Shown piece by piece: positions 1-13,119 of a stretch of DNA of 64,000 nt (position 1 is the first letter of the stretch; each line of letters starts with the position of its first letter). The translations under genes were made by a program, and so were the position numbers. Source of the DNA: Massalongia carnosa (taxonomy: Eukaryota). The stretch covers positions 434,001-498,000 of the forward strand of contig OZ287078.1 in NCBI GenBank assembly GCA_965645245.1, given 5' to 3'. Under the pieces are notes generated by a model. It searched no databases. It worked only from the letters and a program-made list of their open reading frames with translations, and had not been told where the DNA came from.

Positions 1-790
1 GAAGAATATTCTCCTTGACTCCGCAGTCGATCACAGCGACGTGGAGATCTCCATTGGGAGAGCTGACATGAAAAGGAGCCTTGGTGCTGACCCTACGAAC
101 AAGATTGATCTGCTCAGGGTCGACAAAGGCTTCGTCCTGATCTGCATCGTATTCCTCGCCAATCGTGATTCGAGCCAAAGAAGAACCCTGTTCCCGCAGA
201 TAGATTACAATCGCCCGAGTATCCACACCAGAAATAGCAGGCACACCTTCCCTGGCGCACCACTGACTCAAACTCTCAACAGCAGTCCAGTGACTATATT
301 GCTCAGCAACATCCGCAACCACCACGCCAGAAGCCTGGATGTTGGGAGACTCGAAATGTTTCAAAAGACCATTTTCATCACGAACCGAGGATGGCACGCC
401 ATAATTGCCAATCAGAGGCTGGGTGAATACAAGGATTTGACCACGATAAGATGGGTCTGTCAATGATTCGGGGTAACCAACTAGGGAGGTGGTGAAGACG
501 GCTTCCCCGGAGATGTTAGACTTGGCCCCGAAGGATTTCCCATGGAAGACCGGTCCATCCTATAAATAGCATCAACATATGTTTGCACTATGGTGCTCTC
601 AACCTACTCTGATGGTGAATGTAGCACGATCGTGCGACACAGGTGTCGGCCCAGATTTAGAGACTGGGATTTGACGAGTGTTATGAATATCCACGGTGGC
701 TAAGAAGCGTAATTGGTTACAAGATGCTGCGAGCTGCTTCCCGAAGTTGAGCGGCTGCAAAAGAGCTGGTCGATACAGGCGTGAAAGCAT
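1..790 (-). CDS. CPA1: Arginine-specific carbamoyl-phosphate synthetase small subunit, 5' part (runs off the window start)
   Basis: ATG at 790 with a mitochondrial-type presequence ([11 protein letters not shown]). GT..AG intron 607-560, then [56 protein letters not shown], the CPSase small-chain N-terminal signature. Confidence 0.95.
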
Positions 791-832
791 TGTCCGGCTG
801 ATAAAATGATAGGTTGCTGCGTTGAAATTACT

Positions 833-1018
833 TCAATTTACCGAAGCTTTCCACACCTGGCCTAAGAAGCCTGTAAGTTGGAGTACGAAACTTGTGAAGA
901 TAGTCTTTACCGGAGATGTAGTCCTGTAAAGGATCATAATCAGCTGTGATCGAACGCACGATTGCGCAGGAAGCAGAGGAAATACCTGAGATGTATAGAC
1001 GGTGACAGAGCCACGCAT
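833..1018 (-). CDS. Arginine attenuator peptide (AAP) uORF, three exons, 24 aa
   Basis: Exons 1018-986, 923-911 and 861-833 joined by GT..AG introns give MRGSVTVYTSQDYISGQVWKASVN*. This aligns without gaps to Neurospora arg-2 AAP (MNGRPSVFTSQDYLSDHLWRALNA). The stop lies about 40 nt upstream of the CPA1 ATG. Confidence 0.93.
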   Translation of the reverse strand: MRGSVTVYTSQVFPLLPAQSCVRSQLIMILYRTTSPVKTIFTSFVLQLTGFLGQVWKASVN

Positions 1019-1902
1019 AGACGCAACGGTGCTCTACGCACTCGGATTCTTGAGGGTTATTGTGTGGATGGACTATTTTCAAGATAGAAAACAGAAAAAA
1101 GCCTTATGAAAGTCCCAACGTTATCGTGACTGACGTTCTGTTATGTTGATTAGGTATTTTTGCGGTTAGATTGATGCAACAGATCGTGCTCTTTGGGTGG
1201 TACTGGGTGTCAAATAATAGTTATGTTTTCGCACTGTGGAGATAAGCAGTATATCAAGATCCAATCCGGGGGAGTAGACTGGAAGCGGAGAGTTGATGTT
1301 GAAAAAGAGGAGGTGAAGCGGAGAAAAGCAAGGTCTTGTTTGTGTGCCGCTTATCGGATATCGGATCGACATGCCTGCGTAGGGCTGGTCGGATAATCCC
1401 TTCCATTCAACCTCATTACAAAGTATAGGCGTTACTGTCGCAGGACTGATCTATGCACTCCCCAATTCTAGTGCCGGAGCATGGACTCTGTGCTTTGTAC
1501 AGAGTACAGACTCGCGTGCTCATCGCATGGATGGCTTTTCAGCGAGAGCGAAAGGCAAAGAGATGGTCAATGCTTTTGCTCAACTTGCATAGAACGAGAC
1601 TTTGATGAGGCCACAAAGGTGAACCATAGTGACCCGAGGTGCACGAAGCTCATGAGATGGCACTTAAACGTGACATGGGAATTAGTTACTCCTTTCTATC
1701 TATACAAAAATGACAAGAATCCATCTCGAAAATGCTCAATCACAAGCTATGCGACGAACTCCCAACCTTACCTACTAGGAATTAACCCCGCACTAGGAAG
1801 GGTATCAACAGATGTTGCGGGGTCAAAGTTTGAAGAGTAAGGAATATTGACAGTGTAAAATAGAGCAGAAAGCAGGTCAATATGGGATTCCAACTTTCCA
1901 AC

Positions 1903-3681
1903 CTAGAGCCCCGACTTCATCGAAACTTTCTCTCCGTGTTCAGGCAGAGGGCTCAGGTCCCCATGAACGTAGTCCCGCTGGTGCTCAACAAAGTCGTACT
2001 GGGGATGAATTAGCGGATAGATCCGGCACAGCGAGGGACAAAGAACATACGGCAAACTCGCCAATCTCGGCGTCGTCGATACCGTTGATCTCAGCGTTTT
2101 CGGAAGCGCGCAAACTCAACCCTGGGATTAAGTTCATGATGAATAGAATGATGCAGGTGCCGCCAAAGGAGTACGTGAAACCTGTCACGCTGTCCGCGAG
2201 TTGATAGGCGAGTTGGATGTAGTGGCCGTTGAGCCAGCCTCCCGGGATCACCGTGAAGCCGTCGAGATGCGCGACGTAGTTACTGAGCACCGAGGTTAGC
2301 AACGACGGACTCGTGACGGCCGAGGGAGATGTGCTCACGCTGCGAAAAATCCGGTGAGAAGGTTCCCAACGACACCGCCCACCGCGTGCACAGCAAAGAT
2401 ATCCAGGGAGTCGTCCACTTTAAACACATATTTTAACTTGGTCGCAAAATTGCAAGCTATGGCTCCGACCACTCCAAAGACCACCGAGGACCAGACGGGC
2501 ACGTAACCAGACGCAGGGGTAATAGCGACCAGTCCTGCGATGGCGCCGGAGCAGAAGCCGACAGTGGACCATTTCCGGTCAAGGCGATAATCCAGAAGCA
2601 CCCAAGTGAAGCCTCCAACCGAGGCTGCCATATGAGTGACCACACAGGCCGAGACCGCACGCAAATTCGCGCCCAAAGCAGAACCGCCGTTAAATCCGAA
2701 CCAGCCGACCCACAGGAAGACAGTCCCGATGACGACGTGAGTAACGTTGTGTGGCCGGTACGGAAGACCATGGAGATCGCTGTAGCCACGCCTTTTGCCG
2801 AGCATGACAGAGTACGCCAAGGCCGCCGCGCCCGAGGTGATGTGGACTGGCGTTCCTCCTGCAAAATCTAGGCCACCCATCTTATACACCCATCCAGCAG
2901 GATTCCACGTCCAGCATGCTACAGGATCGTAGATTATTGTGGACCATACCAACATGAACACTACGCAAGGGAGCATACGCCCTCTGTCCGCTGCGGCGCC
3001 AATGGCTAGGGCCGGTCTAGATCATTGCGATATCAGTTGGATTTCTTAATCCAAACGCTTCTCGGAAGGGCTCACGTAATAGCCGCGAACATGCATTGGT
3101 AGATGGCGAAGAGTAAGTCTGGAATCTTCGGACTCCCTACGGACGGCTGAGCCAGGACGTTTCGGAATCCAATATTATCCAGGTTGCCAATGAATTTGCC
3201 AGCCGTGTGTGAAAACACGAGCGAATATCCCCAAAAGAACCATTGGAAGCTGACAAGAGCCGCCGACATCAACGATAGCCAGATGAGCGATAGTGCTGAC
3301 TTGCGCCGGGCGAGACCGGAGTAGAAGAAGCTAGCGGCGGGTTAGCTTGCACTTAAACTGAACGTGAATCCCGTTAAAAAAATATGGTTTAGATATCGGA
3401 GATTTCTTACCCAACACCTGGAATCATGAGAAGTACCAATGCCGATGAAGTCATGATCCATGCCAGATCACCCGACTATCAAAAAGAGCGTCAGCAAGTA
3501 CACAACGTTGATATGGATTTGCTTCCCCCGGTCCAGCGCATACCGTGTAAAAAACATTGAGATTTTTATTAAATGAATCTCCACCGGTAGGAACGGTGCC
3601 ATCATAAGGTTTGAGAACTGTGAAGTTCAGGGTCGCTAAGTCTCCAAAGGTTACTACTTTGTTGGGGTCGACGACCGACAT
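1903..3681 (-). CDS. Ammonium transporter (Amt/Mep family), multi-exon
   Basis: Motifs GDLAWIMTSSALVLLMIPGVG, FFYSGLARRKSAL, DFAGGTPVHITSG, LWVGWFGFNGGS, GLVAITPASG and DDSLDIFAVHAVGG. Several GT-AG introns. TAG stop at 1903-1905. Confidence 0.95.
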
Positions 3682-3839
3682 CTTTACTGTCTGCTATGCT
3701 GGATCAATCTCCAAGAGCGAGTAGAACAGAGGAAAGGGTTTGTACTTTGAGGGACGAAAGCACCTTTGTTGCGGGCCGGGGGGGGGGTCATATTCTATAT
3801 ACCATTCCTTCAAGGAGGGTGGGTGGGGCAGGCGACCAA

Positions 3840-4015
3840 ATGCTAATGGATATCTCAAATGCGCCACCAAAGGTTACCGCCCCATGGCGGCCAGGTTATC
3901 ATCTGCAGCCTCCGGTGTTTGCCGCAGACAGACATGGGGAAGCAGAAAAACAAAAATCTTATCGCCGCTGGAGTGTCATTTCGTGGAACAGGTATCATCC
4001 GGCTGATATCTCTTG
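3840..4015. promoter_or_regulatory. Cluster of GATA/TATC cores upstream of the ammonium transporter (possible AreA/NIT2 sites)
   Basis: About five GATA/TATC cores within 160-330 nt upstream of the ATG at 3681. Mep genes are known targets of nitrogen GATA factors, but short motifs also occur by chance. Confidence 0.3.
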
Positions 4016-7000
4016 GGATGGATGAAGGGGGTTCGAAGTGCTCTCAGCAGCTCGCCTAGCACACGGGCCCCATTGGCAGCCGTTTCGAGCTTGAGAATTC
4101 CCGTTCAGATAGGTTGCAGCTCATTCACTCCAATCAGACCACGAATAGCCCTGAGAGTCCCGGGGATCTCGGTCTTCCAAGCACGAGAGATCTTACGTGG
4201 GATTCTGCCGTCGGGTGACACGATATGATGCGGATGGATACAGAAACGTGTACTGTACTCTGTATCGTTCATTGTAACAGGATACATGACATGTGGCACT
4301 TTGCCCGGCGCTAAGCCTCTTTCCACGCCATGGTCTAGAATAGTAACATAGCAAGGGGTACCTTAACTCTAACAGCTAACCATGATAGCATGTGTCGATA
4401 TCAATGGTCCGTCAGAGTCCTGACGCCTCCCCGACTTCCCTATCTCTAATGAGTCCCTATGAAATTTCAGCTTGGTGCATTCGTATCGATGAAGATATGC
4501 CTCGTTACAGCCGGAATCGAAAGGGTGTAATGGACAGGCTAGGCGTGAAGATGGCGTGGACCAAACGCCCAACCGGCGTACAGAGTACCAGAGTACGATT
4601 CTTCATGATACCGACCTTTGTCGCCTTGCACTCTTTTGCCTGCAGATAAGGATGCAAGTGGTTTGGACGGAAGCGGGCTAGTGGTTTTAGCTTGCAGATA
4701 ACGAACCTTGTTTCGCATTGGCTGATCAGCTGATTGGCTGATGGAATGGGGCCAGAATGGTTGATGGAAATCCAGAGAGGTAAAGGAAGTGTTCGCTTCA
4801 AACGTTCTGCATGACCAGAAGAGGAAAACGGCACGGAGGATGCACCAAGCGAAAGTTTTAACGTCGCTACAGAGCAGCAGGATTTCCGGCTTACTTATGT
4901 TTTCCCGTTCAACCTTGATGGTTCAGGCAAATGACGAAGGTAAGGTGTCAGATCACTACGCATCCAAGTATTGAGGTAGGGGATGACTCTATCGCCTTAT
5001 CTATGGCGGCAGCAAGGCAGCGGGGTGTGGAGTGCGGAGTGCGGACCGTTGTTCTACTAGTCAACGTTAGTTGGGTGGTTAGGTCTTGGGGGACCATGAA
5101 CTGGCTCATTTGGCTAGTATATAGAGTGATAGATTTCTCAAGTCTCGCCACCTTGCTTATCTCTAGATAGTTAGGTCGGTCATGCTACGATGCCAGTCCC
5201 CTGTTCGATACTTGAGACAAAGTATTCTGTACAATACCTTCAAGGGATGGGAGGTGATTGGGTCGTTGAGGGTGAAACTCTCGCCGGGGAAGGTTTCCTT
5301 CAGAACCGACCACCGGACCACTTCCACGCCTCCCATGCTGTTGTACAGAGTGCTCGGTAAGGAAATGATGATGCATTATGCAAGGCGTGCATTGGTTGCA
5401 CATCAGACCAACGCCAAGCATCAAAGGCCGAAACCGATCGTTGGTCGCTCGCTACCGAATCCCAACTCCTACCACTTAGGGTTATTCAACCTGCCCCCGG
5501 TGTGCCCTAGTTGTCTACCCTGCCCTACTCCAATTTGCCCTATTGCTCTCATTTATCTTCCCTAATCTCTCCTAATCTACCCTCATTTACGCCGGCAGAG
5601 GGGAATGATAAGAACAGTTCGGCACTCTGATTCGTCCATGGGGGTTTTTCCCTTATTCTCCCCAGTTTCAATCAGGTCATTCATTGCCACGGCTCACCCG
5701 TTACGGCGGTGAGTCGGCGAGTCGGGGAGTCGGCGAGAAAGCTCTTCGTCTGTCTTTTTCGGTCTGGGGTTTTGGGTTTCGAATGCTCGTTTCACAAGTT
5801 TCTGGCCTGCAACGTTACTCGGTTACATGCGTCTGTACGGAGTAGGAAACCCAAGGTTTTTTTTATGTACCGATACTCCGTACTTACCCCAACTGCTAAC
5901 ATTGGTCATCAATAATTCCAGCATCGATGCGCTGGATATGTACAGAATACCTTTAACTACTCGGCTTGTTATGCGGCCTACGGATCGAAACCACGAATCA
6001 TGCAATGCAAAATGCCTCATGTCACGCCCGCAACAGAGCCATAAGCTTTCTGCAAGATTATACGCCGCACGATGGACCTGAAATAAATAAGATGAGTGAA
6101 TCGATGACATGGGCCACAGTTCTTTCACCGCTGGAGCATGGAAGTTTATCGCTACCGGGAATCCTTCCATCCAGCCAAGGTATCAACGGCAGCAGTCATG
6201 TACCATGCCGGAAAATGCTGCATGTACACCTAAGTATAAGTGGTTTGCTTTACCTTGATCACCACAAGCTTGATGGTTTCGTCTTGAACTATGCTATTTC
6301 GTTTTCTCATATAGGTCCAGGTCTCTTCTTTCTGCTTAGACGATGCGTTGCACCAGCTGTGAGAATGATGCAGAATCGTCGGTTCTGCGGACAGCCTCAG
6401 CGCATCTTCTTAAGGACGTCGAAACATCATGGGGGATGAATAAGAGAGTCAAGATACTTCTGAATTCTCAAATCGCGAGAATCGGCCTCTAACGTCTGAG
6501 GAGAACTGACGAAATGGCAGTGCTAGATTCGCAATTCAGCAACCGTCTGTCTGCGAGAACCTTCGTGACTCAAAATGCCGGGGCAATCTCCACCCGACCA
6601 ATCGAAGAACTTCACACCGTAACGTGGACACAATACAGTAACACTGCTTCAGTCTCTCGAAAAGCAAATAAAGCTTTAAGAGGATTCCTCCCCTTGGGCA
6701 AGCGTGCGCAAAAAAGCAAAGACACCAACAAGCCCACGTCTACGCTACCAGCTTACTTTATCCAACTCCTAGAGGATTCCGGTCGTTGTGCGTGCTACCA
6801 TCAAAGTTTCAGCGTGCAGCGTCATGCTGCCAGGATCAACGCACGTCAAAGGCCCGGTGGGAAGCGGTAGGCAGCAAAAGCGTGATCGCTTACCAATGCG
6901 TCAATCTAACGAGGATCGTGCATAGAAATAATGGGGTCCCCGCAAATTACTTGAAAAGGCGATTCAATCATCGCGGCCGTCGTGGTCTTCCCTCAGGCTG

Positions 7001-7261
7001 TCCCCAGATTTTCCCTTTGTGTTGATCTATCTGAGCGGTCAGGCATGGGGAACGCGCCTTGTAAATCCTCAGCTTCCGAGCACAAACCACCTGCGACAAC
7101 ATAGAGTATGCCGGTGATGTGGAGCCCTAAGCCGACAGTGTGCATCATGGACCGTGCATTCCGGGAATGGGCATCTCTGACGCAGATCGGAATGTACTCT
7201 ACTTATACTCCGTAAGGGAGCGTTGTCGAGCAGGCTGCACCCTCTCCATCGGGATGCTTGC

Positions 7262-7505
7262 CACGCGGGGACCAAAAAAGTCAGGACACCAAAATTTTCA
7301 CTCCACCAAAAACCTTCCATCATCAGACAATTTAGTTATTATGCAACGTCAATAAACATCCCAATTAGAATCTCATGATTGTCAGGAAGTATATCCTACA
7401 TCTACTAAAGCCGAAGTACAAGTTGTGTGCAACTTTAACGATGCGAATGAGAGATTTTTGGTGGAGTGAAACTTTTGTTGTCCCAATTTTTTTGGTCCCC
7501 GCGTG
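7262..7505. mobile_element. 244-bp MITE with ~50-bp imperfect TIRs (CACGCGGGGACCAAAAAA...) and a 5-bp TSD (CTTGC)
   Basis: Left end cacgcggggaccaaaaaagtcaggacaccaaaattttcactccaccaaaaa. Reverse complement of the right end cacgcggggaccaaaaaaattgggacaacaaaagtttcactccaccaaaaa. CTTGC at 7257-7261 and 7506-7510. No coding capacity. Confidence 0.88.
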
Positions 7506-10500
7506 CTTGCCAATCGCGTGTGCAAATTCGCTTCTACGGTTGGTACCGAGCCATATCTATTCTGTCAAGTCGTTACTTATTCAACCAGTTCTTGGCGGTT
7601 GTTATGTTCATGCTTGAAGTCTTTTTATTGAAATCTTTTGAATTGCGACAAGCCTTTGCGCTCAGTTTTGGAGATTCCATAAGTTTCGAGTTACAATTTA
7701 TCACTTCACTCATTTCTTGGCTTTCTATTCCCTAAGCCTTCTTTTTTGCTTTTCAGCGTTTGACTCAATGTTCCAATATTGTAAATCCAAAGCAAACATG
7801 GTCATGCAAGCATAAGGGCGTGCTACGTCTCGTTATCCTAATTTCCAATGATCCGACATCGTCTCCCTACCCATAACCTGCCCCAGAAATTGATGGGAGG
7901 TTCAACTGCGTCTCTATACAGAGTACCGATCGATCAGTGCAATTGTATTTGCCAGAGGGTTGCTAGCTATTTGGCTTGCCGCTCTACTTCCCATACACCC
8001 GTATCCTAACAATTAAACCTCGTTCCGGAACTCTGCGTCTCAAGTTTGTCTGAGCTGGCTGTCTGAATTCATTCGATCCAACGAAATTCATTTCCGAAAT
8101 TCCATCTGTACGAACATTCATTCCAGTCAGCAGATATTCTTTCTGCAGGGAGTGAAAGGCGGAAATCGTCATAATTGCATCGTATTGTTTAATCGTATTG
8201 TTAATGGAGGCAGCCAAGGATCGAGCTTTTTCTTTGCATGCATCACAGGTGCGTTTTGTGGATACTTTTTTTCTTTTTTTGCGCCTTCATTCAGCACAGA
8301 CAATTTCGGCTCCCAAAATAAACAAACAAATACTACCTCTATACCTAAATAAAAATCGAGTTACCCTGAGCTAGTGTATTCCCTGTTCCTCTGTACAAGT
8401 ACATACGGAGTAATGATTCAAAAAAAACCCTTCGCCAAGTATTAAAAAGTAATCAAGCATATCCTCAAGTTCGTTCGGAGCCATGTCCACAACAATTCTC
8501 TCGTCCAACCCCCTTTCTTTATTTAAAACTTCACAAGAGGGAAAGAAAGCATCCTAGTCAAGCCATTTCAGGTATGTACTCATATGCTTCCGACGAATTC
8601 CCTAACTCCTTAATCGCACGTCTCTCTCCCTCCCTACCTCCTTCTCTCTTACATGGCTCGTATCCCGTTCTGTCCATTTCTCAATATATCTCAATAAGTC
8701 CCCCTGATCCTACTCTATTCCCTGGTCCTTCCAGAGATCTCTGCTGAGAACGGACCCTTACGACTCTTCCGTCTTCGTTTAGTTGTCCGTTTCCGTGTCT
8801 TTCAGGTTGATCAATGATTTACATGTATTGGAAGGATATTTTTGTCTTCACCAACGGAACGAAATGAAATAAAACCAATCGTTACGTTGAGCGGCTTGCG
8901 CGAGGGTGTTTAAATGAGGTAGGTAGATAGAAAGATGAGAGGTAGTAGGTAGACAACTCCATTTCCTTCTCTTCCCTGGATATTCTTTTCCATCTATAAC
9001 TTATTCATAACATGATAACACACAGCATATCACCAAAACTTACCAACTAAACCACCTTTACTACTCTTTTATATTCTTCATCTTGTCATCATTGAAAATA
9101 CAAGGGATATACGACTTCTCGAAAATTAAATTAAACAAAACCCAAGATCCAAATGCGCGAGAATAATTCCATCTTGAATTCCTCAATCAAGTCTGATTAG
9201 CAGTCGCAAAAGGGCGGGGCGGTCCCTCTTTTTTTTGTCATTCCTCATGCTCTCCGTTCAGAAACCCAGAACTCCTGCGACTGGATGTCTCATTCTTGTG
9301 TCTGTTTTTAGGAGTCATGCATTTGGTTCGTATTATATGGTATCATTCTCTGCTCGATTCTTCTTGTTAAAGATGTGCGTGTATATCTTTGCTCAAAGGG
9401 TGTTTCATCCAAGCTCACATGATATTTCGGTTTTATTTTCGTGGTTTGTTAATGGCGATTTAATTACATTTTCCTTTTCGTGCACAGTCCTTCTTTCCGT
9501 CATCAATCCTTTCTTATCCGGCTATTTATTGCTTCATCGCCCGTCCGCATCAAAACCCATCGAATCTCAAAACAGGCATTCACGAGCCATGCAGCTAGAA
9601 GCAGAACAACCCTATCAATCAAAAACACCAACAAAGCCAGAATGAATTCCTCAGAATGTGTGAGTTCCCAGATTAGCATCGGGCTAGCCTCCCTCGCCAA
9701 GTTTCAGCGGAAATGCCATCTATGTCAAAAGCTAGCTTGCAGAAATTAACAGGGTGGCGCATCTTTAAACACTAACGACATAGGTATCGTATCTAAACGG
9801 GAGCGTGGGAAGAACGATAGTCGAACGGGAACATTCTGTCCAAAGAAGTGCGAGAGAAAGAGTGAATGAGATAAACGTGCCCTTTGGATCCGGGGATTTT
9901 CGTTATCGACGACTGGTTATAACGAGTGTCGAATTCTATATACATGTAGGTCTCGTCCACGAGTCAATTTCACATGATTGTTATTTTTTTCCTTTTTTCT
10001 TCTTGAGATACAAAAGCGCGAAGACAACACCATTGAAATGGCTGAGGTTGTATGTCGGCGGGATATAGGGACTAGACGGATTGGTTCGTCGAAAGACTCG
10101 GGTAAGAGTTTCTTCTTGTTTCTGCAGGAGAATGCTTTGACTATGGGCTCCTGAAACGTGGTCTTGTTGTTGTTGTTGTTGTTAAGAACGATCAGGGAAG
10201 AAATAATCCATTCCGATATATCCTCAAGTTCTCTATATTCTGATAGACGCGTTGTCACTCCACCCATCCCTCCCCCACTCCTTATTCTTCTTCTACAGTA
10301 TCTAGATAACTACTCCATACCTGCCTTCTAGCCTAGTCTATCAAACCCATTTTCTCCCTCCAAAAAAGAAGAAAATCACAGTCTTCGTCCTGGTAGACTC
10401 ATCATTCTCCATTATTATAAAAGAGAAAAGAGGTGCACCTTTCTTCTCTTTTTCTTCGAAGGAGCAAGACCTGCTTTTTTAAATGCCCTCGATTCATACC

Positions 10501-12457
10501 AATCGCGGAAAGAAAATCTTTTTGTCATAACCAGCTGAGACTTTTTATGTAACCGGCGGTGTGGTGGTGGATATAGTGCGGTTAATGCGGATTTTTTAAT
10601 TATTTTAAGGTTTTGATGATGGGAGGAGGGGGGAGACAAAAGGGGGGCGAAGAAAGGAAAGTGAGGGGTTTGGGAAAGGTTGAGAGGAGAGGGAGAAGAG
10701 GAGGAGGATGAGGAAGTGTGAACATAATTGGCATTTTTTAGGAGGTGGAGCTTTCTTAAAAATCCGATATTTCTTGTATTCAATTCTTTATTTCTCACAT
10801 TTCACTCTGTTTCTTTTTTTAAAAAATTTCATCCTATTCTTACGTATGTCGTCCGTCTTATCAACCTCTCTCCGCCCGCTACTTTCTTTCATCTCTTCTT
10901 ATTCCTCGATTCACTTCTCGTTTAATTCCTTTCATTTCGTGCTGGAGTAAATGCTGCCATTAAAATAGAGAACGAGAGAGAGATATATAGAAGAAAGATT
11001 GACTGATTGATTGATTGAGAAAGATCCAAAGATGAAAAGAAAATAAATCAACGAATAAAAATGCGGGACAGGCTTAAAGAGATAAGCTGAGAACACGGCC
11101 ATTAAGAATTCGAAAGATAGATAAATAGGTAAGTAGGCAGGCAGGCGGACAGTCGCTAGATCATCGGGTTATGGACAGACTAGCTGCATTCTGTACTGCT
11201 CCATCAGGCCATCTAGAAAAATACATAGATAGGCATCCGTCTAAATCTCCTTCTTACATAGTCGAGTTTTATAAAGCGGACCCCTCCTTGGGAAAACCCT
11301 TCTTTTAGCGAAACCCTACACCTCGCATTTCCCCCGCCTCAGACTCCCAGTTACGATGTCACAAGAAGTGGGAAGAGAAACTATAAACAGGAAAAAGAAT
11401 AATGGGAAAAGCGAGTTAACGTCTTGCGTCACCAGCTTTGTCGTTATTTGTCTCCTTTTTAAAAAGGAGAAAGGGGAGAGGGTTGGGGTTGGGGAAAGGG
11501 AGAGGGTGGAATGGAAGAAATAAAAAAAAAGGGGGGGGGGGTAAAAATTGATAGGGAGTGGGATAGGGATATGGATATGGATATGAATAAGAATGAACCG
11601 GAGAAATTAATGTTAGTAGATTAATAGATGAACAGGTAGACAGACTGACCGACCGACAGATCGACAGATCGGCGAACAGACCCAAACTGCATCGAAAGAA
11701 GAAGCCATCCGATAAACAGATATATATGTAAGACAAATGAACAACAAACAAAACGTTGAATAAAATCACTCCTTTACCACCCCCACCCCCCCCCAATATC
11801 TCGACAATCAACCATTCGTTCTTTTTTCTCACCTCTTCTTCTCGATTAGACGAAGCAATAAAACAGACAAGCAGACACATAGTGCAGAAAGAAGAAGGAG
11901 GACGAGGACGAGCAGAAATTCGAATAAACAGACAAGATACGACGATGCTATCAACAATAAACGCAACAAAAACTAATGTCCCTCCAGAACATCGCCTAAC
12001 CATCTCCCCACCCACTCCCTCCACCAACGCCTTACCCCCAGGTCCCTTTTGGCTGTCACTTCTCGCCAGGGCTCTCAGCTTCAGCTTCTACCCCCTCTCC
12101 CGATCCCAATCCTGGCCCTTTCTCGGCTCTCGGTTTTCTGTTTGTAGATTGGTAGGTAGATGGGGAATTTTTCCGTAAGGAGGTAGGTGAGTAAGTAGAT
12201 GAGGTTCCAAGGGGCTCTTAAGTGTGGTGCTGGTGCTGGTGCTGGTGCTAGAAATGAGGGTATTCTTATATTATATAGGAGGGGAGGGGGATGGATTGGC
12301 GGAAAGGTGCTGTGAGGGCACTTCTCGTTTATCGAGAACGGCTAATGGGAAGGGATCGTTGGGTTTTTATGTATGTAGGCTTTGTCCTGGGAGCCTAGAG
12401 AGGGTCGGTAGGGAGTTTCCAAGATATGCCTGATAGCGATGGGTTTCCGCTCTCCAT

Positions 12458-13119
12458 TCATTTCTTACCTATATAAGAATGGCCCTTCGTTCCATCAGCT
12501 CTGTCCCCGCCATCCCCTCCTCCAATTGCTTTGCCCCCATCCACCACCACCTCTTCCTCCTCCCCCTGCTCCACCAACAACGCAGCGTCTCCCTTCCCCT
12601 CACCAACTTTCCCGTACTTCTTCCTCGCCTTCTTCTTCCGATTGGCCCTCTTCTTCAGCTTCTCCTGCGCCTTCATCGCCACCCGGCTCTCCGGACCCTT
12701 TTCTATCTCCTCTAGCTTTTCGGCCAGCAGGCGGCGGGCTTCCTTGCGGTTCTGCGCGCGGGAGCGTGTGGCTTGGCATTTGATGACGAGGCCTGAGGGG
12801 TGGTGTTTCAGCTGGACGGCGGAGGATGTTTTGTTCTGGGAGAGGGGTTTTAGAAGAAGAAAGTAAGAAATGGGTTGGTTGGGTGAGAGGGTTAGAAGAA
12901 GGGAAGGGGTTGGTGTGGAGGGGGGGGAGGACAGACGATTTTTTGACCGCCCGGGCCGCTGCCCTTAAGGAATGCTTCATCGATGTCGTTTTCGTTGATG
13001 ACGGGACGGGGGGGCATGCGCCCTATGGCGTTGCTGGCTCCAATGCTGAAGCGTTTCGTGAAAGAGGGGAATGAGGTGGCGAGGGCCCGGAATGGCAATT
13101 GGAGGAGTGGGAACGTCAT
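12458..13119 (-). CDS. Mitochondrial RF-1-domain (GGQ) peptidyl-tRNA hydrolase / ribosome rescue factor, C12orf65/MTRFR-like
   Basis: Exon 13119-12937 ends IDEAFLKGSGPGGQKI. After a GT-AG intron, exon 12835-12458 reads NKTSSAVQLKHHPSGLVIKCQATRSRAQNRKEARRLL followed by a Lys/Arg-rich tail. Confidence 0.88.

Noticed and set aside
41..466. 141-aa plus-strand ORF and the many other ORFs antisense to or overlapping real genes (for example 18627-19511, 52165-52788, 55849-56616, 57833-58594)
   Set aside because: Shadow frames of GC-rich coding sequence with no recognisable motifs.
1903..3681. Possible horizontally acquired prokaryote-type ammonium transporter
   Set aside because: It is intron-rich with typical fungal Mep motifs (GGDS N-terminus, FFYSGLARRKSAL). 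Nothing in the sequence supports a recent transfer; only a phylogeny could test it.
10415..12433. ORFs of 65-203 aa in purine/pyrimidine-biased DNA
   Set aside because: The translations are low-complexity (F/L/S/P or K/E/G/R runs) produced by simple-sequence tracts.
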